43,433 bases of DNA. It comes from Candidatus Magasanikiibacteriota bacterium. GTDB taxonomy: Bacteria > Patescibacteriota > Patescibacteriia > Magasanikbacterales > UBA922. The stretch lies in NCBI GenBank assembly GCA_021648085.1, contig JAKITS010000001.1, positions 1-43,433 of the forward strand, given 5' to 3'. The notes under the pieces are model-generated. The model was not told the DNA's origin. It did not search any database and saw only the letters and a list, made by a program, of their open reading frames with translations. Each line of letters starts with the position of its first letter. Position 1 is the first letter of the stretch. Both the position numbers and the translations under genes were made by a program. Positions 29,401 to 37,697 of the stretch are shown in pieces.

Positions 29401-32043
29401 AATGGTGGTGGAGAAGTTTATTGTACTCAAAGTACATCTCGTGGTGCTGGGGAGTATGATGAGGGTATGTATATTTTTAAGAACTTTGGTGATTTGGATT
29501 CTATTAGTGGCGAACTCAATCCACCTTCAAATAATGATAAATTTGATAATATTTTTTTAAAAACAGGAAAAGCAGTAAAAAACCCATATATTGATTCTTT
29601 TTCAGGTTTTACATATTTTACACATCCTTATATAGAAAATTATGTAAATAAAACAAGTGATTCAAATGGAAAAGAAAACTTTTATTCACTTATGCAATCA
29701 TGGGCTTGGAAATATATAAACACAAATGCAAGAATTTTAAGATTGGAATTAAATGGCAATGGTTTTAGTGGTCGGGCAAGTGGTGATAAAGACACAACAG
29801 ATCCATATAAACAATATTTCTTTGCTCCGCAAGTTTATAATACAGCAGGAGTTGCTATGCATTCACCACGAATTTGGGATGATACTGTTCTTGGAATGGA
29901 ATATTATTATTATACTCAATTTAAAACAGGAGCGAACGATGATCTTTATGATGATAGAAATATTTTCACAGATTCAATGTCGGCAGAAAAAACTGCTGGA
30001 TTAGAAGATGATTTATACATATCTCCTATACAAAAAACTTTAATAGAAAGTGAGTTTGAAAAAGTTTATTTTGTTGGCTTAAAACATGTTAATAATTATG
30101 AACAGGGGATAACACCTGCGTTATTAACGACAGATTTTAGTTTAAATATAAAAGAGTTAAAACAAAGATTAGAGGACAATAAACCAAATAATGAATCTAT
30201 ATTTAAATCTGGAGTTTCTCAAGCGTTAGGTAGTCATTATTCAAAAAATTTAATGCTGGATGATAATTTGGGAGTTACTTGGTCTTATGTGTTAGAAAGA
30301 ACAGGTTCATCTTCGGAATGTGGTGGGTTGTTTTCTTATTGCGATTATGTAAACAATGAATTTATTCTAAATTATAATAATCCAGAAGTAAACGGAATTA
30401 GAAATCAAATAAATAGAAGATATGTTATTGTATTTTTTGAAGATATTGGAAGAAAAGGTGAAAGATTTTTACCTGTTTTTGTAAATAAAAATGGACCACC
30501 ATTAAATAGTACACAAGATCCTTTTTCTGCAGGATGCGTAGATGGACAGGGTGGTTATTTGGCAATTGGAATGGATTTTAATAGAGGTGGAGAATTTTTG
30601 GGATATATTTCTAAATGGTGTAATTCAACTAAAAGTAGTGGAACGGCAGGTATCCAACTTGCGACAATTGCAACATTAAATGATTATTGTACAGAATTTA
30701 CCTCTGTTTATAATCCAGATGAAGATACTACAAATAAAGCATGGACAGATAGGGTTTGGAAGTATGCTAGGGAAAATAGATTTGTAACCCCTTATAGACA
30801 AATTACTCTTAGCACATTATTACAACCTTTTGGATCTACTTTGCTTTCAATGAATAATTTGAATAAATATGATGGAAGTGGGGATTTCACAGAAAAATAT
30901 GTTTTGAATAATCCTATAAAAGGTGTTCCATATATGTGTGATTATTCTAATTTTACTGTATTTGATTTGAAAAATTATGCTTGTTTAGCTTTAAACAATG
31001 TAGGTTATCCAGACTCTTTAACAAGTAAATTATCAGAAGCCTCAGCAAGGTTTGCACCTGCTGGTTATGAATTTGGTAAAGATGCTATACAAGCTATTTT
31101 TGCAAAAATATTTACTCCTTCTATTGAAGAAGGCTTAAGTGAATTGGATTCAAATTGGGATAAAGAAATATTAATTACAAGTGAACTTAGAGATTTATAT
31201 CCACCTCAGATTTACTCACTTAATCCTGATAAATGTTTTAATATAAATGGAAAAAGTCAGACCTGTGTTGGTGCAGAAAAAAACTCAATAACAGTAAATG
31301 GAAAAAATGGAACTTTGTTAGATTATAATGGCGATGGTTTTCCAGATGAAGACAAAGATAAAAACGGTGAGACAGATTCTATAATTGGAGTTGGAAATAA
31401 ATCTGTTTCCTTAAACTTTTTTGCTTGGGCGGACGACAATAGAATGCCAATAAGAAGAATAATGGTAGATTGGAGTGATAATAGTCTAATTACAAATGAA
31501 AATAAAATGGGTTTTTATAAAAATAAAAAACCATTTTGTGGTGGTGAAACTGCAGAAAATGTAAAAGTATGTGTAAATAAGGCTACACGTTCAGATATAG
31601 AATATATTAAGACAGGTCTTACTTGTCAAGAAGATTCTGATTGTTCAAGTGATAATACTTGTAGAGATATAGGAGCTAGTGATAATTTTGGTTCATCATC
31701 TCGTGCTTGTGAAGAAGGGTATTTTGAATTTGGACATAGTTATACTTGTGGGCCAGAAGACGAAGGAAAAGATTATTGGACATTAGTTTCTGGAGAGATT
31801 GGTGGAGTTGCAAACTTTACATCAGGACAAAGAGATCAATTATCTAAATTTGGTGTTGGTGCAAATGATTATGTGTGTGTATTCCAACCAAAAGTTCAGG
31901 TTTTGGATAACTGGGGTTGGTGTAATACAAGTGATGGAACAGGTCAATATAATGATGATAATTTTGATTGTGATTTTGGTAATAGTGAAGTTTGGACGTA
32001 TTATAAAAATAAAATAATAATAATTCCTCCTAAAAAAGATTAA
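23434..32043 (+). CDS. Giant (2869 aa) secreted/surface Cys-rich protein with a CBM-like beta-sandwich domain
   Basis: Signal peptide-like N-terminus; many Cys; repeated CxxDxDC; YELSFWSRG...WKEYKLGP...YFIDNARL. Confidence 0.85.
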   Translation: MFKKTQGFARKVIIGFVISTQVFIGLLFAGPVKAGTMESAGSFINKFSGDSPIGDVVNEAADKAASKLGYPVVVTTDLGDYVEMAWQSIYEASLNALMGGFSHFMNQLAYDTALYVTSGGSGQGALVFQDGFGSYLEKTFEASTMAALGELEDHYGINLCEPNTEIKFFLNVGIQDLLLPEIGPPTPPACTWQKMSKGWSNAYYQTVNQLEGILDAPPIEVAFLESANLADSDFGIAFGAIDLVRKKAARDTEGAKNERLEGNGFKPVKDLVSGAIVTPAHLIGEEAEGLTGKSFAQINNTQVAGLYGSQALNVVIGASGIFLNNVASQMLKKIMQEGLLPVPIGDSSSFGSAGLGDYRRAAESAFSFFFTSVPTKQLNAYSLETIFAACPDNPGLNNCVIDSGMQRILQIAKQGTPLTVQEAVDQGMLDPNKPFISPKRLLDHNDVKTCYLKGFCYSNLQKLRKVRVLPVGFELAALRSDPDNLQAWTLGKVMAGFEDCTRDGDGKAIFDIAKPFCHLVDPNWTIKIPETRCESLVNGPELLDSNISNRKEECVDVSTCVTEGENGECLGDFGYCTEEKNVWRIEGETCPAEYTTCRNYVAQSGEINSYLSRTVDYGECRAESVGCRAYSTEKSGDIWTSSADASSRLKNLGRNQTIYFGSEINASTCPANAAGCSAFYTLNQEGEKGRLTYLKKAPDYLTCYDTQPATPEIDWPTTKADLSLLTNNDKCDAYAEVCLPEEVACDLYTPLAGGPELSGVIGNNICASECVGYDTFRQESTSFAPEEYPLYLIPTNGDVCSAQYAGCDEFTNIEAGSAGGETLEYYSDFKQCEKPDSGNDKVFYSWEGSVSEGFVLKVHHLSPIDDARNSYIQNLSLFANAKNDLVVGSPAYSDDTAQSLKNNYKSCNEKNYNILINDPFSIDSADEDCRAFYDDEGEVFYRLFAKTITVSNSCHKIRKTESRLFVDNTIGDQNSCDLKNGVWDGASCERCFNGGSYENGACIYQTISSPSESNSCPVSVNGCRAYVGNAGNNIREIMFDSFEPFDNSPNALLSAREGWDSSDGTGLSVVGEATQAGLHSLQVNSDIISREFDAGDITPNSFYELSFWSRGVPQNLDIIMKDDSGLGVSFTVNSITNSTALVSIGDNWKEYKLGPVEFKGAGVANIEFTRSAIGSTSLGVYFIDNARLTKVNDFTYLVKDSWQTSEGYNVPLSCDNTPEDSLPGFALGCEAFNDQLGTTYYATGFENLCRVEAVGCEPLLDTFNTTEGQDSELAQIFNAWCEGGVGECTISVDEPTSDRNNTQIQKKINIGSCNVDIDQDGCYISKIIVPSHIEIGDLDYVRVETTVIIPADTSIENPIYLTNSQKYKCSPQKLGCQEVALESHILPSNQPQAFEFSEQFVLSNPNNYQETLCQSDQVGCGEFRSDKNISYFVDPKITGGSVCVYKSIGASGSDNYGWFLDGIGSCSSGNGDLCKVDDDCSGDTNICENVGSTACYDGYIKQGGELGIWSNESVNYDGFVGACEQQYNACTELVDPADTSNNADGKSYFVVYDEKMQDQSGECGGQVSQNDGCVLFDKTDNPNKIYNSVETYKNSEDADPKFGPVNPVMDGVKDTNVILKVNRDRECSEWLACKTSVPFTDEKGVRTELCYQYDLCNESLPGVGCISWVGDDNENITLSPEEYVVRGTSWYDNEYTGYSLLNKYPVQDFVYVDFDLSDDADKELDDEFGDSLFLGYEFVPAPSFEQFGCVLNGVKKEQFQVCGLTNGGICTDNGQCIKPTDGAFIGGIEEKNEKSFRNSRLVLETLDVGICKSFPEKDSPFGFDIVVNSYKTLITNGVSATRKRITDKKRVFSGANTCQDGECSCEYKKVSYGGSVVDYWPLTKSDQEIPGGVCASGSLGGNPCNYNSDCSILSDEGLSSYGSCIKRFNTERRIGLRGFCLEYDLSRPIGNGEYACLTWLPVDASASKIDLHNYYPEAGYYPVPEYDAPNGGGEVYCTQSTSRGAGEYDEGMYIFKNFGDLDSISGELNPPSNNDKFDNIFLKTGKAVKNPYIDSFSGFTYFTHPYIENYVNKTSDSNGKENFYSLMQSWAWKYINTNARILRLELNGNGFSGRASGDKDTTDPYKQYFFAPQVYNTAGVAMHSPRIWDDTVLGMEYYYYTQFKTGANDDLYDDRNIFTDSMSAEKTAGLEDDLYISPIQKTLIESEFEKVYFVGLKHVNNYEQGITPALLTTDFSLNIKELKQRLEDNKPNNESIFKSGVSQALGSHYSKNLMLDDNLGVTWSYVLERTGSSSECGGLFSYCDYVNNEFILNYNNPEVNGIRNQINRRYVIVFFEDIGRKGERFLPVFVNKNGPPLNSTQDPFSAGCVDGQGGYLAIGMDFNRGGEFLGYISKWCNSTKSSGTAGIQLATIATLNDYCTEFTSVYNPDEDTTNKAWTDRVWKYARENRFVTPYRQITLSTLLQPFGSTLLSMNNLNKYDGSGDFTEKYVLNNPIKGVPYMCDYSNFTVFDLKNYACLALNNVGYPDSLTSKLSEASARFAPAGYEFGKDAIQAIFAKIFTPSIEEGLSELDSNWDKEILITSELRDLYPPQIYSLNPDKCFNINGKSQTCVGAEKNSITVNGKNGTLLDYNGDGFPDEDKDKNGETDSIIGVGNKSVSLNFFAWADDNRMPIRRIMVDWSDNSLITNENKMGFYKNKKPFCGGETAENVKVCVNKATRSDIEYIKTGLTCQEDSDCSSDNTCRDIGASDNFGSSSRACEEGYFEFGHSYTCGPEDEGKDYWTLVSGEIGGVANFTSGQRDQLSKFGVGANDYVCVFQPKVQVLDNWGWCNTSDGTGQYNDDNFDCDFGNSEVWTYYKNKIIIIPPKKD

Positions 32044-32051
32044 TAAAAAGG

Positions 32052-32081
32052 AAACCCCACTTCGAATGAAGTGGGGTTTTT
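32052..32081. terminator. Bidirectional terminator
   Basis: AAACCCCACTTC-GAAT-GAAGTGGGGTTT. Confidence 0.85.
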
Positions 32082-32104
32082 GTTAAAGTAAGTAATTTCT
32101 TTTG

Positions 32105-32638
32105 TTAAAGTGAACAAGTTCCTTTATTATTACCATCTGAATTTACGAGAGAAAAGGAGTCTGGCGGAGAAAAAATTACAAGTGGAGAGTCAACAGGTTT
32201 ATTGTTTAGTGTTTTCTCACAAAACACCAAACATTCTCCGTCAACTTCATTTATAGAACAAGTTCTCCACTCACACTGTCCACCATTTGGACAACACCAG
32301 AAGTTATTATTCAACCATTCATAATCAGCACAAGGGCTAACCACAACCTCATCCTCTACCACATCCACGTTAGTCGTGTTTGTAGTATCGATTTCGGTCG
32401 CGTCGGCGGTATCACCAACAAATTCGTTGGCAACATCCGAACCATCTACCATATCGGTAGGTGGGTTTGCATTATCACAGCCAGCAAGCAATACGCTCAT
32501 CACTGTGACAAAAAGCATAGTAAAAATGCAACCGATTAGCCAAATCGTAAAGGGGTAACTAGCCTCCAAAGCCACAACGGCTACGGAGGGGACACGGCGA
32601 TGCTTCGAGTAAAAAGGATGTCCTTTTTGATGTTTCAT
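32105..32638 (-). CDS. Putative lipoprotein / membrane-anchored Cys-rich protein
   Basis: SD AAGGAG before ATG 32638; hydrophobic segment ending LLAGC; acidic Thr-rich linker; promoter TTGACA-17-TATATT (32760-32732). Confidence 0.7.
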   Translation of the reverse strand: MKHQKGHPFYSKHRRVPSVAVVALEASYPFTIWLIGCIFTMLFVTVMSVLLAGCDNANPPTDMVDGSDVANEFVGDTADATEIDTTNTTNVDVVEDEVVVSPCADYEWLNNNFWCCPNGGQCEWRTCSINEVDGECLVFCEKTLNNKPVDSPLVIFSPPDSFSLVNSDGNNKGTCSL

Positions 32639-32838
32639 GATTTTCTCCTTTGTTTTCCCACAATTCTTGTGGGTTTTTCCGTTTTTGTAAATAACCCCTC
32701 TCGGGGCTAAATGTAAATGAACTATTACTAAAATATAGCATATTTTACTACTTTTGTCAAGGTTTTTGGAGTAAAAAGTCTTCAAAAAAGTCAAAAGTCT
32801 ATAAAGTTTGTAAAGTGAAAAGTTAGAAAACCTGCATT

Positions 32839-33060
32839 TTCATTCCCGGCTCGATCGGGAATCCAGGGTTAAAAACAGTAAAACGTTAAATAAAACTGGA
32901 TCCCCAATCAAGTTGAGGATGACAGGACAGGGGGGGTCGAAAGTTTATAAAGTCCATAAAGTATAAAGTTTTTTTTCGTCATTCTCAGCTCGACTGGGAA
33001 TCCAAAATCTACAAATGTAAACTATTTTTATATAAAAATACATAAACTTTAATAATTACA
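32839..33060 (+). repeat. Two family B REP-like elements
   Basis: CATTCCCGGCTCGATCGGGAATCCA...GGATCCCCAATCAAGTTGAGGATGACA; GTCATTCTCAGCTCGACTGGGAATCCA at 32978. Confidence 0.8.
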
Positions 33061-33143
33061 TATAAGATATATTAAGATTTGCTTCTGGATAGTAGTAGTC
33101 AGTAAAAAAACTATGATGGTGACTTATCTAAAAAAAGTATTAC

Positions 33144-33674
33144 TTATAAAGTTTGCGATTTAATCATTAAAGGCACATACCCCTCTTTAATAATGTCTGT
33201 AGGACTAGTACCTAACTTAAGGAGTAGTTCTTCTATTTTTTGTTCAATCTGCTTTCTATCATCCTCGTTACCCCTGCCTTCTATCTCAACAAAATAACCA
33301 AGATCTTTTATCAAATCAATATTAATTTCAAATGAGTTTAACATATATGTTTTCCTTGTCTTTTCTATCTTAACAACTTCAACATAATTATTATTTTTTA
33401 AAATACTTTCTAACTCATCAGGCTCATTTAATTCTAAGTCAACATCTGGCCATGCTGTATCATGTTTTTTAGATTTAGATTTAAAAGTTAGTTGATTGCC
33501 ATTTTCTGTTTTTCTAATGCGAAGAATTAAATTTCTGTCTATATCAGACACATGTTTAAAATAAATGTCAATTTGTCTTGACTCTTGAGAAAAAATTGCA
33601 TTTAAATCTTTCAATTTATTTACAAGATTAATTGCATTACTTTCTTTTATTTTAGCTCTGATTTCTATTTCCAT
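33144..33674 (-). CDS. CYTH domain protein (class IV adenylate cyclase / triphosphatase family)
   Basis: MEIEIRAK, QIDIYF, LRIRK, IEKTRKTY, LGYFVEIE, GY. Confidence 0.88.
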   Translation of the reverse strand: MEIEIRAKIKESNAINLVNKLKDLNAIFSQESRQIDIYFKHVSDIDRNLILRIRKTENGNQLTFKSKSKKHDTAWPDVDLELNEPDELESILKNNNYVEVVKIEKTRKTYMLNSFEINIDLIKDLGYFVEIEGRGNEDDRKQIEQKIEELLLKLGTSPTDIIKEGYVPLMIKSQTL

Positions 33675-33734
33675 ATTTATTTTGATTATTGAGTATATGT
33701 ATAATTTTAAATCACTTTACAATAAAAGACAAAT

Positions 33735-33770
33735 AAAAAAACCGCCATATGTAATATGCATAACGGTTTT
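33735..33770 (-). terminator. Terminator after the radical SAM gene
   Basis: ACCGTTATG/TATGGCGGT stem plus T run on the minus strand. Confidence 0.6.
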
Positions 33771-33773
33771 ACT

Positions 33774-34742
33774 TTATTTCTTTAAGAGGTGTTCTTTAAA
33801 TTCAGAAAAAATTCTATGCTGAAAAAAATCTTCAAAAGGTAATACAAAAGGTTCTTTTTGCCTATGCAAACAACTTCTTACCTTCAGCCTGTCACCTTCT
33901 TTTTCTAATCTTGGTCCATAAACATACTCATGGCATTCACCATTTTGCTCAAGTGAACAGTTATTACAAATACTTGCAAGCATGAAAGGTCTAATTAATT
34001 TTATTTTAAAGATAAAGCCACTTTCTACTCTCATGGTTATTGAGAAAGAGGAGCTTCCATTTGTTACAATAGCTTCTACAGGAACTGCTTTTAGTGTCGT
34101 ACTCATTCTACTTAACGAAGCATACGATTCCTTTGGAATACCCAATTGATTCATGGCACGCCACTCTAAATTGTTAGTCTCACAGAATTCTGCAATTTCG
34201 AGTGCATCCAGTTCATTTGAGCCAACACATGTATTAACCTTAACAGATATCAAACTTGATATTTCTTTTAAAAAAAGAAATTGTGTAGTAATAATTGTCT
34301 TCTGACCCCATCTAATGGAGCGTGGGGGTTCCATTGTATTAGACAAAGAAGTAGGATTTAATGTGTGCAAACTAACATTTAAGCTTGACAGTCCACTTTC
34401 AATGCATTCAAGATATCGATCAAGATAAGTTACTCCGTTTGTGGTCATTTTTACATCAAAACCTTCTTGCTTGCATCTTTTTATGTATTTAATTACGTTT
34501 GGATGAATTGAAGGCTCACCACCAGTAAAATGAACTTCGCTAATATTCATTTCTCGTCTAAACTTATCAAGAATAGTTATCAATTTTTCTATATCATCTA
34601 TGGGTGTTGAATACTGATTGCCTTCCATGTGGCAAAAATGACAACTAAATTGACAAGGTGTGTGCAATTTAACACGAATTGTTTTCAATACTTTATATAC
34701 AATCCTACCTTGTTTCTCAAGTTCAGACAGTATATTTTTCAT
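33774..34742 (-). CDS. MoaA-like radical SAM enzyme
   Basis: CQFSCHFCHMEG (CxxxCxxC), FTGGEP, MTTNG, LNVSLHT; C-terminal CNNC...C...RSCL auxiliary-cluster motif. Confidence 0.85.
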   Translation of the reverse strand: MKNILSELEKQGRIVYKVLKTIRVKLHTPCQFSCHFCHMEGNQYSTPIDDIEKLITILDKFRREMNISEVHFTGGEPSIHPNVIKYIKRCKQEGFDVKMTTNGVTYLDRYLECIESGLSSLNVSLHTLNPTSLSNTMEPPRSIRWGQKTIITTQFLFLKEISSLISVKVNTCVGSNELDALEIAEFCETNNLEWRAMNQLGIPKESYASLSRMSTTLKAVPVEAIVTNGSSSFSITMRVESGFIFKIKLIRPFMLASICNNCSLEQNGECHEYVYGPRLEKEGDRLKVRSCLHRQKEPFVLPFEDFFQHRIFSEFKEHLLKK

Positions 34743-35335
34743 AATACACCTACTTTTTGCTGTTGTTCATTCAATATTGATTTAACAGAATTGAAAACAC
34801 TTTCTTCAGTCTTTTTCGTTGTATCTATTACATAAAACACGTTTTTAAGAGACATGAAATATAATTGTGCTCTATTTAATACAAACTCATCTAGATGGGT
34901 ATATTTTTGTTTTTTAATTTCGCGTTTCCAAATTCTTCTATTTCGTTCTCGTGGGTCACAGGTAAGTAGTATACTTATGTTAGGTGTTATTATAGGAAGT
35001 AAATTGATATCAACACAATCAACAATAACACCCATAACTTTATGCATTATTATTATCGAGTATATATAACGATCAGCAAATACCTTATGTCCTGCATTTA
35101 ATAATGTTGCTAATTCTTTTTGAAACGCAATAACACATGTAATATAGAAGTAAAATCGTACTTCTGGATACTTTAGCAACTCCACTCGTAGTCTAATACT
35201 TTTAAATAATTCTAGCATTGTGTATAAGTAATAATAACCAAGCTCTTCTTCAAGTTTTTTAGCTAGTGTGGTTTTTCCAACTCCGTCGACACCTTCAATA
35301 ACTACAAAATTATAGAACTTTGTTTGTGTACACGT
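34739..35335 (-). CDS. Thymidylate-kinase-family NMP kinase; P-loop region lacks a canonical in-frame start (possible pseudogene)
   Basis: Frame continues upstream of ATG 35218 as FVVIEGVDGVGKTTLAKKL; DRY motif; SD GGGAGG followed by in-frame ACG (35335) and out-of-frame GTG (35333); ATGA overlap with the radical SAM gene. Confidence 0.75.
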   Translation of the reverse strand, partial: TCTQTKFYNFVVIEGVDGVGKTTLAKKLEEELGYYYLYTMLELFKSIRLRVELLKYPEVRFYFYITCVIAFQKELATLLNAGHKVFADRYIYSIIIMHKVMGVIVDCVDINLLPIITPNISILLTCDPRERNRRIWKREIKKQKYTHLDEFVLNRAQLYFMSLKNVFYVIDTTKKTEESVFNSVKSILNEQQQKVGVL

Positions 35336-35351
35336 GATTCCTCCCTATTCT

Positions 35352-35545
35352 CTACTTGATTTCTAGAATTTCCCACTCACAGATAGTACTTCTTACAGAA
35401 AGTTCTATAACTTCTCCAACTTCCTTTAGTAAAAGCTTTCTGGCAATCGGAGTTGTTATTCCAATCACAAAGACAGTGTCTTTATTGTCTTCAAGTTTAC
35501 TTCCGCCAACACCATTTCTTTGACACAAAACACTAAAGATGCTTA
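35352..35545 (-). pseudogene. 5'-truncated GreA/GreB C-terminal-domain-like gene fragment
   Basis: Translates to ...NGVGGSKLEDNKDTVFVIGITTPIARKLLLKEVGEVIELSVRSTICEWEILEIK*, with an in-frame stop upstream and no SD/ATG. Confidence 0.55.
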
Positions 35546-35571
35546 GATAGAATTAGCTTAATTTAAAAAAT

Positions 35572-36180
35572 ATGTTTAAAGAAAAAAGTGGTATTATATT
35601 ATTTGTTTTATTGTCTGCATTTATAATTGGAGGAATTTTTATTTTGTTTAATGTTTTTCAAGATGTGGAAGAGTGGGGAAGTGAGGAAGTTGATAGCGTT
35701 GTAGTAGTAGAAACAGAAAAAAACGATGAAGAAGAAAAACCAAAAGAAGATATTATTGAAATAGTAACCTCCACTATAGAAAATATTGAAGTTGTAGAAA
35801 AAGAAATAATTGTGGAGAAAATAGTAGAAAAAGTGGTGTATATAGAAAAAGAGGTAGAAAAAAAAATAGAAAAACCTATTGAAAAGAATTTAAAACCAGT
35901 TGTAAAAGCCGAGCTTGCTGTATGTTCAGATGATATGCGCTTTCAATGTTGGGATTTACTAACTTGCGAAGAAAATGGAGAGGGTTATGGATCACCAACG
36001 CTTTGGACTGCAAACAATTTGGAGGAGGTGGCGCCAGCTTGTGGACAGTGGACAACGGACTCTGCAAAACTTCCAACAAGTTGGAGTTGTTGTTGTGGTT
36101 ATAGTGAAGATTGGCAAGAAGAAGGTGGAAGTAAAGCGTGTTATTCACCAGTTTACACATCAAACCTAACTTTTGAATAA
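35572..36180 (+). CDS. Membrane-anchored protein with E/K/V-rich stalk and C-terminal CWD-CCCG Cys/Trp domain
   Basis: N-terminal TM; CSDDMRFQCWD...WSCCCGY...ACYSPVY. Confidence 0.8.
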   Translation: MFKEKSGIILFVLLSAFIIGGIFILFNVFQDVEEWGSEEVDSVVVVETEKNDEEEKPKEDIIEIVTSTIENIEVVEKEIIVEKIVEKVVYIEKEVEKKIEKPIEKNLKPVVKAELAVCSDDMRFQCWDLLTCEENGEGYGSPTLWTANNLEEVAPACGQWTTDSAKLPTSWSCCCGYSEDWQEEGGSKACYSPVYTSNLTFE

Positions 36181-36181
36181 T

Positions 36182-36922
36182 ATGTCAGACAAAAAGCTAA
36201 AAATTATTTTAACAATTATAATAGTTCCATTTTTAATTTGGGGATTGTTTACTTTACTCACAGTGCAAAATGAGGAGATAGAAGAAGTTCAAGAAGAAAA
36301 ACAAGAAGTCGTAATAGAAGAGTTAGATATAGAAATAATAGACCTAGAAGGTCCAAAACAAAAATATATAAATAAAACCCACGGTTTCTCTTTTGAGTTT
36401 CCTGATGAGATGGAATATATACCTTCTATTTATGTTAAAGATATTGAATTTATAAAGAATTATTTTAAGTTGGAAGAAAAAAAATGCTTAAAAAAAGATA
36501 AGCCTAATGTTTGTAGAATATTTCCAAATGGATTGAGTATACTTTTGGAAGTGGATTCATATCGTAATAACAAGTGCAATGTTAATTTGCTTAATAAGGA
36601 TATAACTTTTAATTTAAATTTGTATAGTAGTTTTGATAGAAATGTTAGATTACAAGTATTTAAAACAAAAAAAATAGATAATATAGAAATTAAAACAGCA
36701 CGAGTGGACGAGTTTGTAAAAAGAGAAAGTGGTATTGAATATGGTTATCATACAAAATTAAAGACTTTATTTTGTATCGATGATAAAATAATTAAATTTA
36801 CTTTAGAGGATAATTACGTGGAAAATGATGTGAATATAAATGGTATTAAAAATAAATACAATTTATCGTATGAATATTTTCAAGAAATAGTAAATTCATT
36901 GGAGTTTTTAAATAAAAAATAA
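36182..36922 (+). CDS. Membrane-anchored PsbP-like paralog 1
   Basis: TM, KYINKTHGFSFEFP, C-terminal FQEIVNSLEF. Confidence 0.75.
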   Translation: MSDKKLKIILTIIIVPFLIWGLFTLLTVQNEEIEEVQEEKQEVVIEELDIEIIDLEGPKQKYINKTHGFSFEFPDEMEYIPSIYVKDIEFIKNYFKLEEKKCLKKDKPNVCRIFPNGLSILLEVDSYRNNKCNVNLLNKDITFNLNLYSSFDRNVRLQVFKTKKIDNIEIKTARVDEFVKRESGIEYGYHTKLKTLFCIDDKIIKFTLEDNYVENDVNINGIKNKYNLSYEYFQEIVNSLEFLNKK

Positions 36923-36925
36923 TAT

Positions 36926-37696
36926 ATGTTAAATAAAAAATATAAAATTTTAATATTATTGTCCATATTATTATTTTCTGTTGGTTTGGTTTCTTTTTTA
37001 TTAACTAAAAATAATAATATTGTTAATACAGACAATGTTATAAAAGAATTAATAAAACAACCTTTAAATACAGAATTAGAAGTAAAATTAGTAGATTTGA
37101 AAGGTCCAAAACAAAAATACATAAATAAAACTTATGGATTTTCATTAGAGTTTTTAGATGAAATAGAACTTTTTAATAATAATTATAAAATTAACAATTT
37201 AAAAGAATCTTTTACAAACGAAAGGACTTGTTTAAAAGGGTCAAAAAATAGTAATTGTAATATTTTAGATAAAATATATAATTTCCGTCTTTTTTATTGG
37301 ATAGGCTTTGACCTAAATATGGAAAAAGAATTAGAGCAAATTTGCAATAATTCATTTATTGAAGAAAAAAATAGAGTTTATTTAAATGAGTATAAAAATT
37401 TAAACCAAAATAATAAATTTAACTTTAAAGAGATTGGTGGAAAAATTAATAATTTAAATTTTAAAGGAATAGAATTTAATAAAAAAATAATTGAACCAGT
37501 TGGAGGTCAGCCTGAAATTAGAGTAAAAACACACAGAAAAAACAGCGATATAAATATATATTTATGTTTAAATAAAGATACATTATTAAATTTTAATGGA
37601 AATATTAATACTTATATCGATGATACAAAAAGATTTAATATTTTGTATAAACAGATTTACGAAGTTGTAAATTCACTAGAATTATTATCGGAATAA
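36926..37696 (+). CDS. Membrane-anchored PsbP-like paralog 2
   Basis: TM, KYINKTYGFSLEF, YEVVNSLEL. Confidence 0.75.
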   Translation: MLNKKYKILILLSILLFSVGLVSFLLTKNNNIVNTDNVIKELIKQPLNTELEVKLVDLKGPKQKYINKTYGFSLEFLDEIELFNNNYKINNLKESFTNERTCLKGSKNSNCNILDKIYNFRLFYWIGFDLNMEKELEQICNNSFIEEKNRVYLNEYKNLNQNNKFNFKEIGGKINNLNFKGIEFNKKIIEPVGGQPEIRVKTHRKNSDINIYLCLNKDTLLNFNGNINTYIDDTKRFNILYKQIYEVVNSLELLSE

Positions 37697-37697
37697 T

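Noticed and set aside
33774..34742. Naming the radical SAM gene moaA or viperin
   Set aside because: No Moco genes nearby and no viperin-specific motif; left as MoaA-like
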